Below the pieces are notes generated by a model that saw nothing but the letters and a program-made list of their open reading frames with translations, ran no database searches and was not told the origin of the DNA. The translations under genes and the position numbers were made by a program. Shown here piece by piece: positions 24,991-39,900 of a DNA stretch of 64,000 nt. How positions within the stretch are numbered: the stretch's first letter is position 1; every line of letters begins with the position of its first letter. The stretch lies in the NCBI GenBank assembly GCA_043228905.1, contig JBHGNT010000014.1, forward strand, positions 10,230,001-10,294,000, given 5' to 3'. This DNA is from Azolla caroliniana (taxonomy: Eukaryota; Plantae; Polypodiophyta).

Positions 24991-27900
24991 GGAAGGAATA
25001 TTTTTTGCGATTTTTTTTATTTATATTTTTTGTCTTATAGGTCACATTTGACCTTTGAAGACAATAATAAAATCATTCTATCTATCTAGTTACCTATCGA
25101 TCTATATGTCTATCTCCCTCACATAACGTGCACACAAACACACACACGCACATATTTCTCTCTCATTAAAACAAATAGGTTCAAATTTATTAAAGTTGAG
25201 CTATAATTTCTCTTTTACTTGTTAATGATCATGTTACTTGTTGAAACCCATGATGGAACTCTGATGCAAAAACGGTTGAATCTTCATCTTTTTTTTTTTT
25301 TTTTTTTTGTTTCCAAAAAAAAATTCTTTTTTCTTATATTCATCGTCAAGAAAGATAAAATAATAGAAATCAACTTTTACTCTTTATGTTTTCCATAACA
25401 TATCCATCACACCGTGTATTCACCAATCCCTACCCACATGCCTTCTTTCCATTGTCGAGCCATACATGCATTTGCTATCTCATTCATGGCAAATCTTGTC
25501 ATGTAATGCCTACACTCCATCCACCCTTACACTCATATGCTATCGCAAAATATGTTACATAATTCCTCATTCACACAAAGTATTCTTGGTATTGAATATG
25601 CAAAAGGGACATCATGGCCAATTATTTTTCTTGAAATTCTTATTTATACTAATGTAATGTTGAGAGAAATATTGAGAATGAAAATAAGATTTGAACATTG
25701 GTGCATATATTACATACATACATATATAAGAGAGAGAGACAGAGAGAGTTCCTTTACCTCTTCAAACTCAAGAGCAACCATGGGTTGATTGGTGTTTATG
25801 GGGCCACACACCATTTTTACGAGTGACTATTAGTCTCTTGTATCATGCTCCCTTGAGTCTCTTCGATGTCTATCATCTAAGGGTGAACAAAAATTGAAGT
25901 TACATAACTTTGATGATGGATGGTGGCAGATCTTGAAACATAGGTAGCATTCCAAAATGTCACTTGTTGCAAAGGTTTTCATTTGGAGAGTATTGTTTGG
26001 AGATTTGCCTTTGAGATTAGCTCTATGGAATATAGTATTTATCATCTCCTACAATCTGATTGCTTGTTAGTTTTGGAGTTGCATTTCTCAAAAGTGGGAA
26101 GTTTTGTCACGTTGTTATTTGATTCCAATTGTGTCATAATTCGGATATGCACAATGCTTTTGTGTTTGATGGTAGGCAAAGAGTCAAACCATATCTATGA
26201 AAGTTGAGGTGAGTACTAATATGACAATTTTTTTTATTGGCGCAAGTAGAAATTCTTTTGTCGATGGAATGTTCGTCTTGCCTATAAGTGATTCAACATG
26301 TCCCACTACCCTTGTAGTGGTGACCTACTAAATTTGGGTACCATTGTAATGTTTTCACACATGTTTATTAATTGTGTGTTTTCTAAAAAATGTGTCAATG
26401 AGAGAGAGAAAGAGAATAAATGTATAAATACTTTTTAAGAGGCGTGAATGGGCCACGGGATCAAGGTAGAGATTATATCTTAAAACATTGTCTCATTTTT
26501 TAGAACACCTAAACAAAACAAAACAAATAAAATTAGGTTAGTAAAATACTTAAGGTACTAGATATGTAACCTTTTGTAACATAACACGTGGAAATATGCA
26601 AAAAGGTGACTATTTATTGAAAGAATGCATGACATGAATTCTTGGTATCAATGTTTACAATTAGAGATATTCACCCATTGTATGATAATCAAAGAATACA
26701 AATGTTTAAGGATGTACTCTTTTTATTCAATAAGTGTCATTGATACATTAGCACTTTATGTTTCTTCAACTTTTTATATTTAACCATTGTTTTTGCGATC
26801 CATTAAAACGCTTTGAATTTAGTTTCACAAGTCTAGCATTGATTGGATGGACCTATCTTATCACTTTCATCGTGCTTATTTGGGAATTCAATAACCTCGA
26901 TTTTACACACTTCTTACAATTCGGCAAACAAGATATAAGTTTAAAATCTTCGTATTACATCAAGGAATGTTCTATATGTAAATTCCACGAGGGAGATTCA
27001 AAATAGAAGCTTGAATCTTTGAACTCTGAATACTTAATTTTTATTATTTCTCACAATGTGCAAAAACAATCTTCATTTAGAGAATGTTATATGATATAAA
27101 AGATATAAAACCTTTGCTAAGATACACGTGTATGAGAAAAATCCGGGAAGTGTTTGTTGACTCAGACCTATATATCATTTTCATTTAAGCAGAACATGAG
27201 GAGCATTTTAAATAGATAGAGAAGTCCATATTTATAATAATATCCAACCATTGTATACACTTGAGCATTCTCAGAAATTTCCTTCTAAATATCATATTGC
27301 TTCCTTTTTCTTGTCAAGGATGCGAACAGATCACAAGAAGTAGATTTTTTGCTATTGGAAGATAGGGAGTTGTCATTGATTTGTATGGTAAGTAAACAAG
27401 TTGTCTTTTGATAATGACTCCAATGATATGACTTACAACAAAGATGTACTTACTTTTAGAGTTGTGGTAGGAATAGCGTGGACCACAAAGGTGAAAAAGT
27501 AGATGGCTTGTGGAGCAGGGCACGACACTGTGATAGTTGGAATCTTTCATGTGGTCGTAGCCCTCAATTGGCCTTTTTCTGCTTACCTACTTAATCCCTA
27601 AACATGTACAAGCATCAACATTCATGGAATTGTTTCATTTGAGCATACAATCCATGCTTGTGTATGTGTTGAAGTCGGTAAATGAAAGGTAAACGACTAC
27701 ATTATTTCAAATTGTTTGGTCGCTATTGAAACTTCTTAGTCTTATTTGACTTGCTTGAAAGATCTATTAAATATGTTACATGCAAAACATGTTCTTGTAG
27801 TCAAACTATTGAATTTTTAATATCTCCAACAACAAAGTGTCTTTCTTATGTATACCATGAAGACTTTTAATGCTACTTAGCTGACCTATAATACTCTGCA

Positions 27901-28243
27901 AAATGTATTCAAGCTATGTTTGCTCTATGAATATTTAGAGATTTCTCAACTAACGATAATTTTGGACACGGACAAGTGAGATGTTTATGCAAATCATGGT
28001 TACTTTAGATCTATTGTTTTTTTTGTAGAAAAGTTACAAAATGTGTTAGCTTAAGGTTAAGGTGTATATTTGATTAACATATTCATTATAGCTACAAATA
28101 CCTCTCAGTGAGTTCTTATGTTCTTCAAATCACGATTCATAACATAAGATAACTCCCCAAGACATATTTTGAAGATCACGTTAAGCTCACTACAAAATAT
28201 GAATGTTTCAATTCCATTTCTCCATTTTACACTAGATGACATA

Positions 28244-31200
28244 GGAAAGAAAAGACTAGTAGAGAGAGAGAGAGAAAGATATATTAACGTCTTCTAAGGC
28301 CAAAACTGGCCCATGAGACAAATGGTTTACAACAAAAAATGGAATATTTACCCATTCATCGAAAGTAAAAAATAAAAATAAAAATAGAGTTTTACGCTAA
28401 ATAGTGCTAGTAAAATAAAATAACAAACATGTGCTACAATGAAAATAATGTTATACTAAGCCTAATTTCATTTCCATCCAAGTCTCTCGAAGAGAAGAGG
28501 GAGGTCAAAGGGTTTCGATGTGGATGTGGCCCGTATCGCCAATGTAAAAGGTACCCCCCAACCATAGTTTCTAGTCGACATAGCTCACGTTCCCTTATCT
28601 TCTTAATCCTTTCTACTCCATGTCGACTTGTTTTGAAGCCCAACATCCGAGGGCGTTTGGTTGTTCTTTGCGTTTTGGCTTCCTCAAGAGAGAGGCCGAG
28701 CGGCGTAAGTGTATCCACATTCATCGTCTCCCCTTGTTCCTGAAAAATTACACTAGTTACAAGTTGATGAATAGTAAAAGGGTTATGGTTAATACTTTGT
28801 AATTACCATAACCCCTATGTTGTTTTAGCTCTAAGATATACCTACCTAGTCTCTTTACATCCGGGTTATCTAATAGTTTGGAGAGGGTCCTAATATGTCT
28901 TGGTATTCCACTCGTATCTCGGCATAAGTTGGGCACTTGCATGTGAAGTGATACTCATCCTCTATCTCTATGTGGCACAACCTACATAGCCTTTCCTCCC
29001 TAGGGACTCTATTAGCCCGACCATTCTCAATCTCAAGTTGGTGAGATGATATCCTAAGTTGTCCAATGGCCACCCTTAGTGCATTCGATAATAATGTATC
29101 TAGATATCTTGGTCGTGTAATAAAACCTAACTAAGAGAAGTGCAAGAAGTGTTCCTTATAGTACAACATTTTAGATGGGATTGGCTCTCGTGGAGTGATC
29201 CATTTATATCGAGTGTAAATTTGCCATATTTCTTGGCGTATCACTTTATGACAATATGCATGAGATATTAGAGTTTGGTCAGTCCCATGGTTGTACTTAA
29301 GGGGGGGTAGGTTATTAATGTCTATGCCGTTTGCAAGTAACCAACTCACCACAGTGCTATACCAAGAGCTAGTGTCTCCAGACGCATGTCGGGATCGAGA
29401 TGCCTCAAAGGCTCGACGGGATATCCTATCTTGTGGTTGGCTATGTATTTGATGAATAAAAACTACCACTTGAAACAGTGCCTCTACTAACATCGGGGGC
29501 AAACTGAACTCTGCTCTAATAATGTCATGTGGTACTGTTGATTTGCTTCGGAGTTGACGTGATAACATCGTCACCAAAGGTCTCCCTAATTGCGTCCACA
29601 TGAAAGATGGTAGACCTGGGGCCCATACTACTGATGCATACATGAGTGAAGGGGTTACTAATGAGTCGAAGAGCCATCCCTTAGTCTGTGGCTCTTGAAA
29701 GTATGCCTGGTGGCATTGTCTCTCTAAGTGTGAGAGGGATGCATACCCTCTTGTTCGCCTATCTTTGGCTGCCTGGGTCATCGAGAATTTACCTAAGTGA
29801 GCACTAAAAGTGACTCCCAAGTATACAGATGATCCAACTACCTCAACTAGTTTATGAGAGAGGATTAGGTGACATTTACTCCTAACTCAGGACGATGTAT
29901 GAAAGATAAGGACTTTAGTTTTTGCTAGATTCACTACCAGTCCTCGTTGCCTACAAAAGCATCTTAATGCCATCTGCGTAGAGTAAGAGACTAACTTGTG
30001 TATCCCCAATAGCTATTCCCTTGCCTCCCTTACGAGCAATAAAATCAATGATCTCATCAATGTAGATCCAAAAAAGAGTCGATGATAGGGGGCAACCATA
30101 TTTTACACCAATGGTGCTAGTGAAACAATCAGATAGGCCACCTGGGCATCTTACGTACATAGAGACTTGCTCATATAGGGCATAAATGGCCCAGATCATG
30201 TCATTTGGTATCTCCAAGCTCTTAAGTCTATCAAACAACTTCTCCCTAGGAACTGTGTCAAAGGCTTTGCAGAAGTCCACAAATAAAAAATATAGTTTCT
30301 TCTTATGAGCCATCGTTTGGTCAATTAAGCACCTAAGTGTGAAGATATGGTCAATAGTGGAGAAGGCTCATCTAAAGTCAGCCTGCTCAGGTGCTCGAAG
30401 ACTTAATGTTTCCATATAATTGCTGAGTTCTGCTTCCATTACCACACCATATAGTTTGATGAGAGCGTATGACCTATCATAATGGTCCTATATGTATTTG
30501 GGTCCATTGGGTCCCCTCCTTTATGTATAGGGGCCATTGTGTTCATGGTCCATTGTGGTGGAAAACCGTTGGCGAGGGCGCGGTTGAAGATTAGAGTGAG
30601 AAAGGGGGCTAGGCACTCTCGAGCATATATGATGTGCTTGGCTCGCAATCCTCTGTGGTCCATGGATTTCCTATGTTGTAAATTTTTTATGACCTTCGTG
30701 ACCCTAGAGATGGTGAAAAGTGTCCCCATGTTAGGTCGGGGTGTGGAAGGCATTGGGATGGGTGGTTGGTTCGAGACATGGTAGAGTCTCTCGATATATG
30801 TGTGCCAAATATTGGGATCCTCAATGGGTGTTTGTGGTCGCAGTTCCCGTAGTCTCTTCCATGCAAGGCCGCAATCCCTACTCATGGGCATATGGTAGAG
30901 TTCCCAATATTGGGATGCTTCCCAAGCTTATCTTTTACGACGTGTCATCTTGCGCATCTCTTTTCGAGCCTGTACTGAGGAAATAGTACCCCTAAGTCGC
31001 GACACTTTAAGTTGTCTATACAACTCTCTACAATCCTCATCATACCACTTGTTATGTGGCATAGACCCTATTCTACTATGATTGGAGTGTTTTGTGTATG
31101 GGAAGCTACTAATTGCTGCTGAGTGAAGGGTGTGTGCAAGTTTTGTAGTGAGGTTCTCTAAAGGCAAGGAAGAATCAAAAGAGGAGAGATGGTCTTGAAC

Positions 31201-33301
31201 ATGTCAAGAGTAGATGTTAGCGAGCTCATGCGTGAAATGTATTATGGTGTGATGGTTTGGGGTGGCGTGGGGGGTGTCACATTTTAGCCCAAAGTATAGG
31301 AAGTTATGGTATGGACCAATGGGGCATGGGGCCACCCGGAAGGAGTTAACCATGTGGGTAGCTTCATGGCATCCTATTAGGTAATCAACGATGCTCCCCC
31401 CTCCATGTGGGAAACATATGAGTGCCTCCGAGCCCGGCCACTTGGCTAAGCCATTATATATGATCATCTGGTGTCAGCTTCCAAGTTCAAGTAGATAATG
31501 GCCAAATCTTGTGGCGTCCGCACCTTGATCCTTTGATGTAAGCGTTATGTCTAATTCTAAAGGGTCGACATTCACCATTTCGAGGTTTCTATCCATCTGA
31601 AATATTGTGCATTGTCGGGATTGGGTTCTCGCATTGAAATCTCCTACAAGGAAGACTTCCCCTTGAGAAGAATATCAGATTATGTCATCCGATAAAGGTT
31701 CGTATGGAGAAGGCCCAAGCGGCGTTCCTTCATCAACTATACTCGCCTCTCCAACCATATTATACTGGGATCCTTTCGGGGGGAAGTAACACACGACGAT
31801 AAATATCGCCTGATCCTTGCTAGTGAGGACTTTCACCCACATAAAACGGGCTTCTGGGTCTTTCTTTAGTATTTCTATCCTATTATGTATCTCTCTTCGA
31901 AATAGTATTGCAACCCCTCCAGACCCTCTAGTAGTATGTCGACGTGAGGTTTGTCTAAGGACAGATTCCCAACGAAAACCATCAACTCGTGGCAGTCCTC
32001 GATTTGGGCTCTGATGTGTTTCTACTAAAAAAAAGTATGTTAGATAGCTTCAAAATCTCCTCTAGACGGCCAGGGTGTGTCCAAAGTGCACCGTTACAGT
32101 TCCATAAAGTCATCCCAAGTTTATTGTTTGTCACATGGGCCACACATCGTCAATTGGCGGCACGATCATTTATTATCACACGTTCGTCTCGGTAAAAAGC
32201 ATGATGCCCCTCTTTACAAGCTTGTATGACTCGCAGCATACAAGTTTTACGATGCTCAATTTGCATCTTGGTCAGATCTTCATCGAGGTAGATAGGGTCC
32301 CCACCCAATCCTCGAAGAATTGGTCTCTTTTAAAAAAATGCGATTCTAGATTCTGAGTCCTTAAACTCAAGGACCAAAACTCTTTTCCTAGTGGTGTCAC
32401 GTCCTACCCTCCAAGTTTTAGTGTTTGGTAGGGCTTCGTACCCCAACATTTTCCCTAATGTTTGTGTATCTTCGTCAGGAGATGCCCCTTCCTTGAGCCC
32501 AGTAACTCGTACATTTAGCCGTCGAGCTTGACGCATTTTTTCCTCCTCAAGGGTAGTGTTTACAATATTTTCCTCCTTTAGTTCCTTTTTAATATTACGT
32601 TTTACTAAATCAACCCACCCAGTTTTTGCTAATTCCATATCGCTTTTAACCTCTTCGTTAACCTTTTTGATCTTATCCTTAATATCCTATAGGGAAGATA
32701 TTTCACCATCTTCCCTAGATGTCTCAAGGTCCTTAACTTGTTTCTGAAGGTTCGTGTTGTCTACTTTAAGTTTCGTTATTTCAGAAATAAGCACTTCTTT
32801 TTCTTCCTTATCTTTTTGCTTTTCAGCTTCAATCTCTTTTGCCCATTTTTCTATTTTAACTAAACGGTTAAGGACATCTAAAAATTCTTCCTTACTTATA
32901 CTTTCTTCATGTGTTTCCTTATGGTTTTCGTTTAGAAGTCATGTTGTAAATCAAAAGATAAAATAAAGAAAAGACAAAGAGGATAGAAAAAACTTAGCCA
33001 AGCATCGATGACTTGCGTGCTAGGTTCGAGTGTAGAAGCACATGTATGCTCTCTCGTTTACTCAGCTGATGATGTCGTCAAAAATGTAGGTGATAGTGGT
33101 AGCGGACAACGACGACAGCGGCAACGACTACACACGACAACAATAGCGGCAGACAACGATGACAACGGCAACGACTACACACGACAACGATGGTGGCGAT
33201 GACAACGGCCAAGAACTGACGACAACGGTAGACAACGGCTGCAGACGGCGGTGACAATGACAGAAAGAGTCGTCACAAGCACACACAACAACAACAACAA
33301 C

Positions 33302-33347
<46 letters not shown>
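28244..33347 (-). mobile_element. Near full-length, decayed RTE-X-like LINE (ORF1 coiled-coil/RRM; ORF2 APE-RT-CCHC) with (TC)n at both ends
   Basis: ORF1 RRLNVRVTGLKE; ORF2 starts MTLWNCNG (32113), then SIVDYLIG, KWYDEDC, FVDFCKAFDTV, GVKYGCPLS, LLYADG, and C-terminal LRISSHQLEIENGR...LCRLC...EDEYHFTCKCP. Candidate 10-bp TSD AGATGACATA at 28234-28243 and 33348-33357. Clade assigned by motif resemblance only. Confidence 0.8.

Positions 33348-33350
<3 letters not shown>
33306..33350. repeat. (GA)n microsatellite, ~22 units
   Basis: Read directly from the sequence. Confidence 0.95.
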
Positions 33351-33354
<4 letters not shown>

Positions 33355-33699
33355 ATATGCTAAAATTAGAATGATACAAATAAGATCATCATAGTCCATG
33401 TGGATGAGATAGATAGGTAGATAGATGGATATTCTTAACATCCATGGAAGACTGATTGCGATCTATGTGACAAAGAGACAAGTGTTGCTTTCAGAATGTA
33501 TTTGTTTTGCACAATGTCAAACAAATATAGTGGGCATTGATTTATCGTTTGTCTAGTCACAAGGGCTATTTGGAAATTTACAATTTATAGTTTGGGCTTC
33601 GCTGAGTGGAGTGTTGAAATTCCCTTTTCAATGGGTGTTTGGTAATGTGGAATTACAAACACCTTCTTCACATTTTCAGATTGCCTTTAAGTTTTTGAT

Positions 33700-35329
33700 G
33701 ATGCCCCTTCTACTGGACATCCGGGTGCGCAAAGAACATTGTCTTTGATTAAAGCTAGGTTTTTCTAGCCAAAAATGAAACCTGAAGTAGAGTCTTATAT
33801 TATACGTTGTCCACAATGTCATGTCATTAAGGCCGATCGATAGAAAAAAGCTAGCTTATTGCAACCTCTCAATATTCCAGCTGAAAAGTGACAAAGTATA
33901 TCCATGGATTTCATAGTTGGATTACCTCGTTCTGTTGAGGGAAATAATGCCATTTGGTTGGTTGTTGATCACCTTACCAAGCTAGCAAGATTCATTCCAA
34001 CAAAATCCACAATTCCTGCAAAGAAATTGGCTATTAAGTTTACTAAACATCTTTATAGCTTATATAGTCTACCGATGGAGATTGTAAGTGATCGAGACTC
34101 CAAGTTTACAAGTACATTTTGGTCAGAAGTTATGTAGAAACTGCAAACAACCTTGAGTCTCAGTTCTTTTGATCATCCTCACTAAGATGGGCTGACTGAG
34201 AGAGTGAATCAGATATTAGAGGATATGTTGAGAGGATATGTAGCGCAAAAACCCTCATTATGGGAGAGTTACCTTCCTATGGTGGAATTTGCCTACAATA
34301 GTGCTAAGCATACATCAACAAAATATAGTCCATTCATGTTGATGTATAGTTATATGCCACGTCCTCCTATTGATGTTTCATTTGATTCACATACTTTGGA
34401 TAGTACAAAGGATTTTCTCTCTGATATGCTTGAAGCACGTAAATTAGTAGAAGAAAATCTTAGGATGGCATAGGATAGAAATGTCTTTTATGCGAATCAT
34501 GATAGAAACCCAAGGGAATTTCACGTAGGACAACAGGTTTTTCTACACGTTCCTAAGGACTCAGAAACATTGAGAACAGGACCGTGTGCAAAATAAGCCC
34601 CATGATATTGTGGACCATATAAAGTTTTAAAACGTATAGTCTCAATGTTTATCATTTGGATTTGCCTTCCAATGTTATGGTTCATCCCGTATTCCACGTA
34701 AGTCAATTAAAGGAGGCGACTGATTATGATGATAATGTTATATCACTGTCCAATTTATCGACATTGGAGGATGATCGTTTTGCTCCACATGAACCTGAGA
34801 AAATCCTCGACCATAGGTCTAGAAACTTAAGGTCAAAGGTTGTTCATCGCTATAAGGTTAAGTGGAAGGATAGGTTGGAAGAAGACAACACGTGGGAAAC
34901 TGAAGAGACATTTACGCAAACATTGTCCTAACTTCCCATTGCAAGAGTGCAATTAAATGGAGGGGGGGAGTATGTTATTTCCATTGGTTTAGTCGTGCTT
35001 ATTTGGGGGCTATCATACTATGATATCTGAGTCATTGGCTTTATTGGATTGACCTAATGTGTGTCATTGCGTACCCCACACATGATTGGTCAGGTAGATT
35101 TCATTACATGGCCTAGGTCCTACAAATAGGGGATACTCTCCTTTTTCAAGGGGAGCCCCTTGAGTAGTTCCAACAAAGCTCTCTTTGATGTGGACTAGTC
35201 ATCTACCAAGGTCCTGACGTGGAGATCCTAGCTAGTATGGGACAGATCAGGATTCCTCGTCTGTGACGTCAACTCTGGCAGGGGGGGGGCGGATGGGTGG
35301 TAATGTGTATTTTTAGTATGATTGTGTCA
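33700..35329 (+). mobile_element. Ty3/gypsy chromovirus 3' remnant: integrase, chromodomain, PPT and 3' LTR
   Basis: SMDFIVGLP, IVSDRDSKFTS.FW, EFAYNS, HPVFHVSQLK, chromodomain EPEKILDHR...YKVKWK...NTWE; PPT GGAGGGGGGGAG (~34959-34970), LTR starting TG at 34973. LTR end (TGTCA, 35329) is tentative. Confidence 0.85.
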
Positions 35330-36950
35330 CTTAGGTCTTTATTTTTGGATTAATGATCTTGGTTATTACACGATCCGACTCGTTCTTGTCCATGTCGTAC
35401 TCTGGCATATTCTTCTTCCCCTTCTCTTTACATGTGAACCATCTCCTTGGTTCCTTGCACGGGGTGAGCATGACCGAGTCTTCACTACTCACCAACTCGT
35501 CATGCGGTTGACCGCCAACCAATCCAAATTCAGTCCACTGATCCGGAGGGAAGTGGGAATATCCAGTAGTTCCGATTCCTCAACGCTTCCCTCTATTTCG
35601 GAATCAGTTACCTCATCCGCAACAATTAGCTTGGGTTCAGGTGGTGCGAAGTAACAAGATGTTGATTCGTCGAAGATGACATTGCGGCTAACTCGGACTT
35701 GCTTCAACCGAGGGTTGTAGAACTTGTACTCCTTCTGCTCATTGGAGTAGCCAACCAAGTTACACTTCTCGACCTTGGCATCTATCTTCTTCTGCTTCTC
35801 ATATGCCACATGCACATATGCAATGTTGCCAAATACCCGAATGTGCGTCAAATTCGGCTTCCGCTCAAAATACAAATCTTCGGCAACACCTTCGTCCCTG
35901 AGGTAGATATTCGATTCTATATGTAGACGGCTATCCGAATTGCGTTGGCCCAATAAATCCGGGGCATGCTCTTCTCGTCCAACATTGCCATCGCCGCTTC
36001 TACTAATGTCTGGTTCCAACGTTCGGCCACACCGTTCTGCTCCGGTGCGTATCTACAAGAGAATTCACGTTAGATTCCCTTGGTCTGTAGATAACTTGTG
36101 AATTGGCTGGAAAAATACTCTTTTCCACCATCCGATCTTAGACACTTGATCTTCCTTCCGGTTTCACATTCTACATGATTCTTTAAGTCCCGGAAGCACA
36201 AGAAGACTTTGCTCTTCTTCTCGATCAAATAGATCCAAGTGTGTCGATTGAAATCATCGATGAAGGAGACAAAATATCGACTCCTACCAATACTCACATT
36301 TTGTGCCGGTCCCGATACATCTGAATGGATAAGATCGAGCCGATTCTGGCTACGATTCTTCTCATTGGGCAAGCTTCACAAATTTGGCCTTTCCGGCCAT
36401 TGAATTTCGGTAGTTCGGAAACCAAATATTGCGAATGCATCTCCTTAAGCTTCTAGAAGTTGATGGGGTCGATCCGCTTATACCATAGGTTGATATCCGA
36501 CTCGACCTTCTGCCCTTTCGTGAATATAGCGGTGCCAACATCATTGGTTTCGAGGATGAACATTCTTCCATATTAGAGCCCTTGCACGATGATCCGGCCT
36601 TCCTCCTCAATGAAGCATCTGTGATGAGTGAACCGAACATGCATTCCTTGATCCACGATTTGGCCTACCGACACCAATTTCTTGGTGATCTTCGGAACAT
36701 GCAGGACGTTCCTCATAATTCCTCTTTGGCTGACATGGCTCAGAGGGACATCTCCAATATGCTCAATGGGATGTGGGGTATTGTCTCCGGTTTCGACCAC
36801 CCCCGGCTTCTCAAGAAAGGATTGGAAGCTTCAGAGTCTACATACCACACCTCTTCCGAGTTCGAGTGGATACTCCCATCTGGTTGGCTTCGTGCTTCAT
36901 TACGAGGGCCGGTCTCGATCGAGCTCCCTCCGAGCCTTCAACATAGTGCG

Positions 36951-39900
36951 TGTTGGATATGGTGTTCTGAATGTACATGGAAGTATTTGAGGACCCGTAG
37001 GTTATGTGCACAACAAACAACATAGATAGTATGAAAGAGGAAACAGTAGATAGACAAGCTCAAAGCTTTAATGAAAGTTGTCGTTATTTTTGTTCTCTCT
37101 CTCTCTACAGACTCAAGATACAAGAATGATCAAGCAGGACATATTACAAGGTTAGGTTAGGGCTTATATACTCAAGCCCTAACTATTGGACGTGTTCACA
37201 CTAGTAAGGATACAAAGTAGGAGTACGCCTTTTATGCCAACAAACTCCTCCAGATATGATGGTACCGCACCTCAATATGCTTTGTCTTTGCCTGATAGAC
37301 AAGATTATTGAAGAGGTGTATTGCGTTCTATGAGTCGCAGTAGATGGTCGGCACTGGATGGTCAATTCAACTTGTCGTTGAGAAGTCGGCTGACAGTCGG
37401 TGCAACCAGATTGCTTCCCATCACTGCCTCAGATGCTGCTATGTACTCGGCCTCTGTGGTAGACAGAGCCGTGCACTCTTACAACTTCGAGCTCCATGAT
37501 ATGGCGTTACCGCCATAGGTGAAAACATAGCCTAATGTTGACTTCTGATTGACAATGTCCGAATTCCTGACTTAATCAGAATCAGTGTAGCCTTTGACTT
37601 TGGTCGAGTTTGTTGATCTGAAAGTCAGTTGTGCGTCTTCGGTCCCCCTTAGGTACCTGAAGATGTACTTGAAGGGACTCCCAATGGTTTTGTCCTGGGT
37701 TTGACATGTATTGGCTTACGACCCATACGACATATGCAAGGTCGGGTCGGGTTGCCATGATACTTCCTACGGTTGATGCGTAGGGTATCTTTCCATTAAG
37801 CTCTTTCTCCTTGTTCGTCGAAGGAGAGTTTTGTCTGATAGTCGGATCGACGTTAGAAGTAGTGTTGGTGCTGGCTTGGCATTTTCCACGTTGAAGCATC
37901 TTAGCACCTTTCAGATGTGTCGAACTGGGAGAGTCGAAGAGTCTTTGGCTTCCGATTTCTCTCTATCCTCATGCCCAATATATGTCGGGCTTGTCCAAGT
38001 TCCTTCATTGCAAACTTGTCGTGAAGACTCCGCTTTAGCTTTCCTATTTCAACTTGATTTCTCCCTATAATCAGCATATTGTCAACGTATAGGATCAAAG
38101 AGATCCAGGACTCGTCGGCCAGTTGTCGAGTATATAGGCATGGGTCGGAGTAGGATCGGTTACAACATGCCTCTTGGAGCATTGTCGTCACCCTCTCTTG
38201 GATCGTTTTCTTGATCCATTCGGTCACTCCATTCTGGGTGGGTGTGTAAGGATCACTCTTTTGATGTTTGATCCCTTTGTTAGACAGGTACAGTTTGAAG
38301 GCTCGGGAGGTGTATACTCCTCCTTTGTCAGATCAGAGTGTCTTCACTTTGTATCCGGACCGGTTCTCCACTTCAGATATCCACCGAGTGAAGACCTCGA
38401 GCACTTCGTTTTTGGACCTAATCAAATAGGCCCAGACTTTCCATGTACAATCATCTACAAATGTGATGAAGTACTGGGAACCTCCTAATGATCTCTCGGG
38501 CATAGGCCCACATATATTTGTGTGCATGGCTCTAGGGGTTGTTGTACCATCTTGTAATGGAGAGAGTGCGGACTTCGGGTTTGTTTCCCGTATCGAAAAT
38601 GCTCGTAGAAGTCCGTCTTTGCTTGGAGTTTAGGAATGTAACCAACCACCATCAGTCGATCGAGTCTGGCTTGAGAGATATGGCCGAGTCGGCCATGCCA
38701 TAAGTTCGGGTCGGTCTTTTCGGCTACATTCATGACCCATTTTGGATTGATCGCCATCATTGGATACAAGTTGTTGTACTTGTGTCCGCTTCCAATTTTC
38801 AGGTTTCCATGACTAATCATCCATGTTGAGTTGCTAAGAGTCGTTTTGTATCCATCTTCGGCTAACATGCCGATAGAGACCAGACTCCTTTTCATTGCAG
38901 GTACATGTCGGACTTGGTGCAGGACTATCGTGTTGCCATTTGATAGTTGAATTGGTACTTCGCCAATTCCTGCGATTCTGCACTCTTGCCCATTGCCTAG
39001 TCGAACCGTGCCGCTAGCTTCGGCTGAATAGTTCAAAAACCATTCGATGTTAGGGGTCACGTGGAATGTGGCACCAAAATCCAGTAACCACATATGTGTG
39101 TCTTACGCATTGTAGAGGACTTCTTTGATCATCGAGTCCTCTAAGGAGAGGATCTCTCCCAATCGGGTGTTAGCAACATTGACTTGGTTTTCGACTGGAG
39201 AGTGGTTCAAGTCGGATTTTCCTCATTCCGCTCGGATCACTGACCACTCTCTTTCCTCTTGATCGACTAGCAGTCGAAAACATTGTGACAAGCTTTTCTG
39301 CAATGGATGCAGAATTTGCCTGATTGGCCTGTTCTCGACTTCGACCGTTGTCGGTCTCCCCTCGTTTTCGATTGACTATGGTGTCGACCGGTTCTATTGG
39401 CTTGTTCTTTCGATTGACTCTATCGGTCGATCGACTCAGTCGAGTGGTGGGATTTTGCCTATTCGTCGATGGTGAGTCCCATTTATTTTCGCGGAATATC
39501 CTCTGTGAGGACTTGGTCGATTGTCTCATCTAGATTTAGGATTGGATGACTATTGCCGAATGTCGTGCAGAATACCTCCCAACTCATCAGCAAGCTCGAT
39601 AGGAGGGCAAGGGCTTTCCCTTCTTCTTCAAAGTTGATCCCTTGTGAGGAGAGTTCAGACAACACCCGGTTGAAGGTATTGATGTGGGAGGTGGTTGGAT
39701 CGGTCTCTCTCATCTTATTGTTGAATAGTTGTTTGATCAATATTAGTTTCGATGATGAGGATGAGGACTTCTTCTCGTATACAGCTTGTAGCTTCTTCCA
39801 CAGTGAGAACGTTGTCGTCTCTTTTGCCATGCTGAAGTAGACGTTTTTGGCTAGGTGCATCCGAATGGTGGAGCAAGTGATTTCATCTATTGATCTCCAC

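Noticed and set aside
25000-28230. Short ORFs in an AT-rich interval
   Set aside because: No motifs, coherent exon chain or TE termini that I can support.
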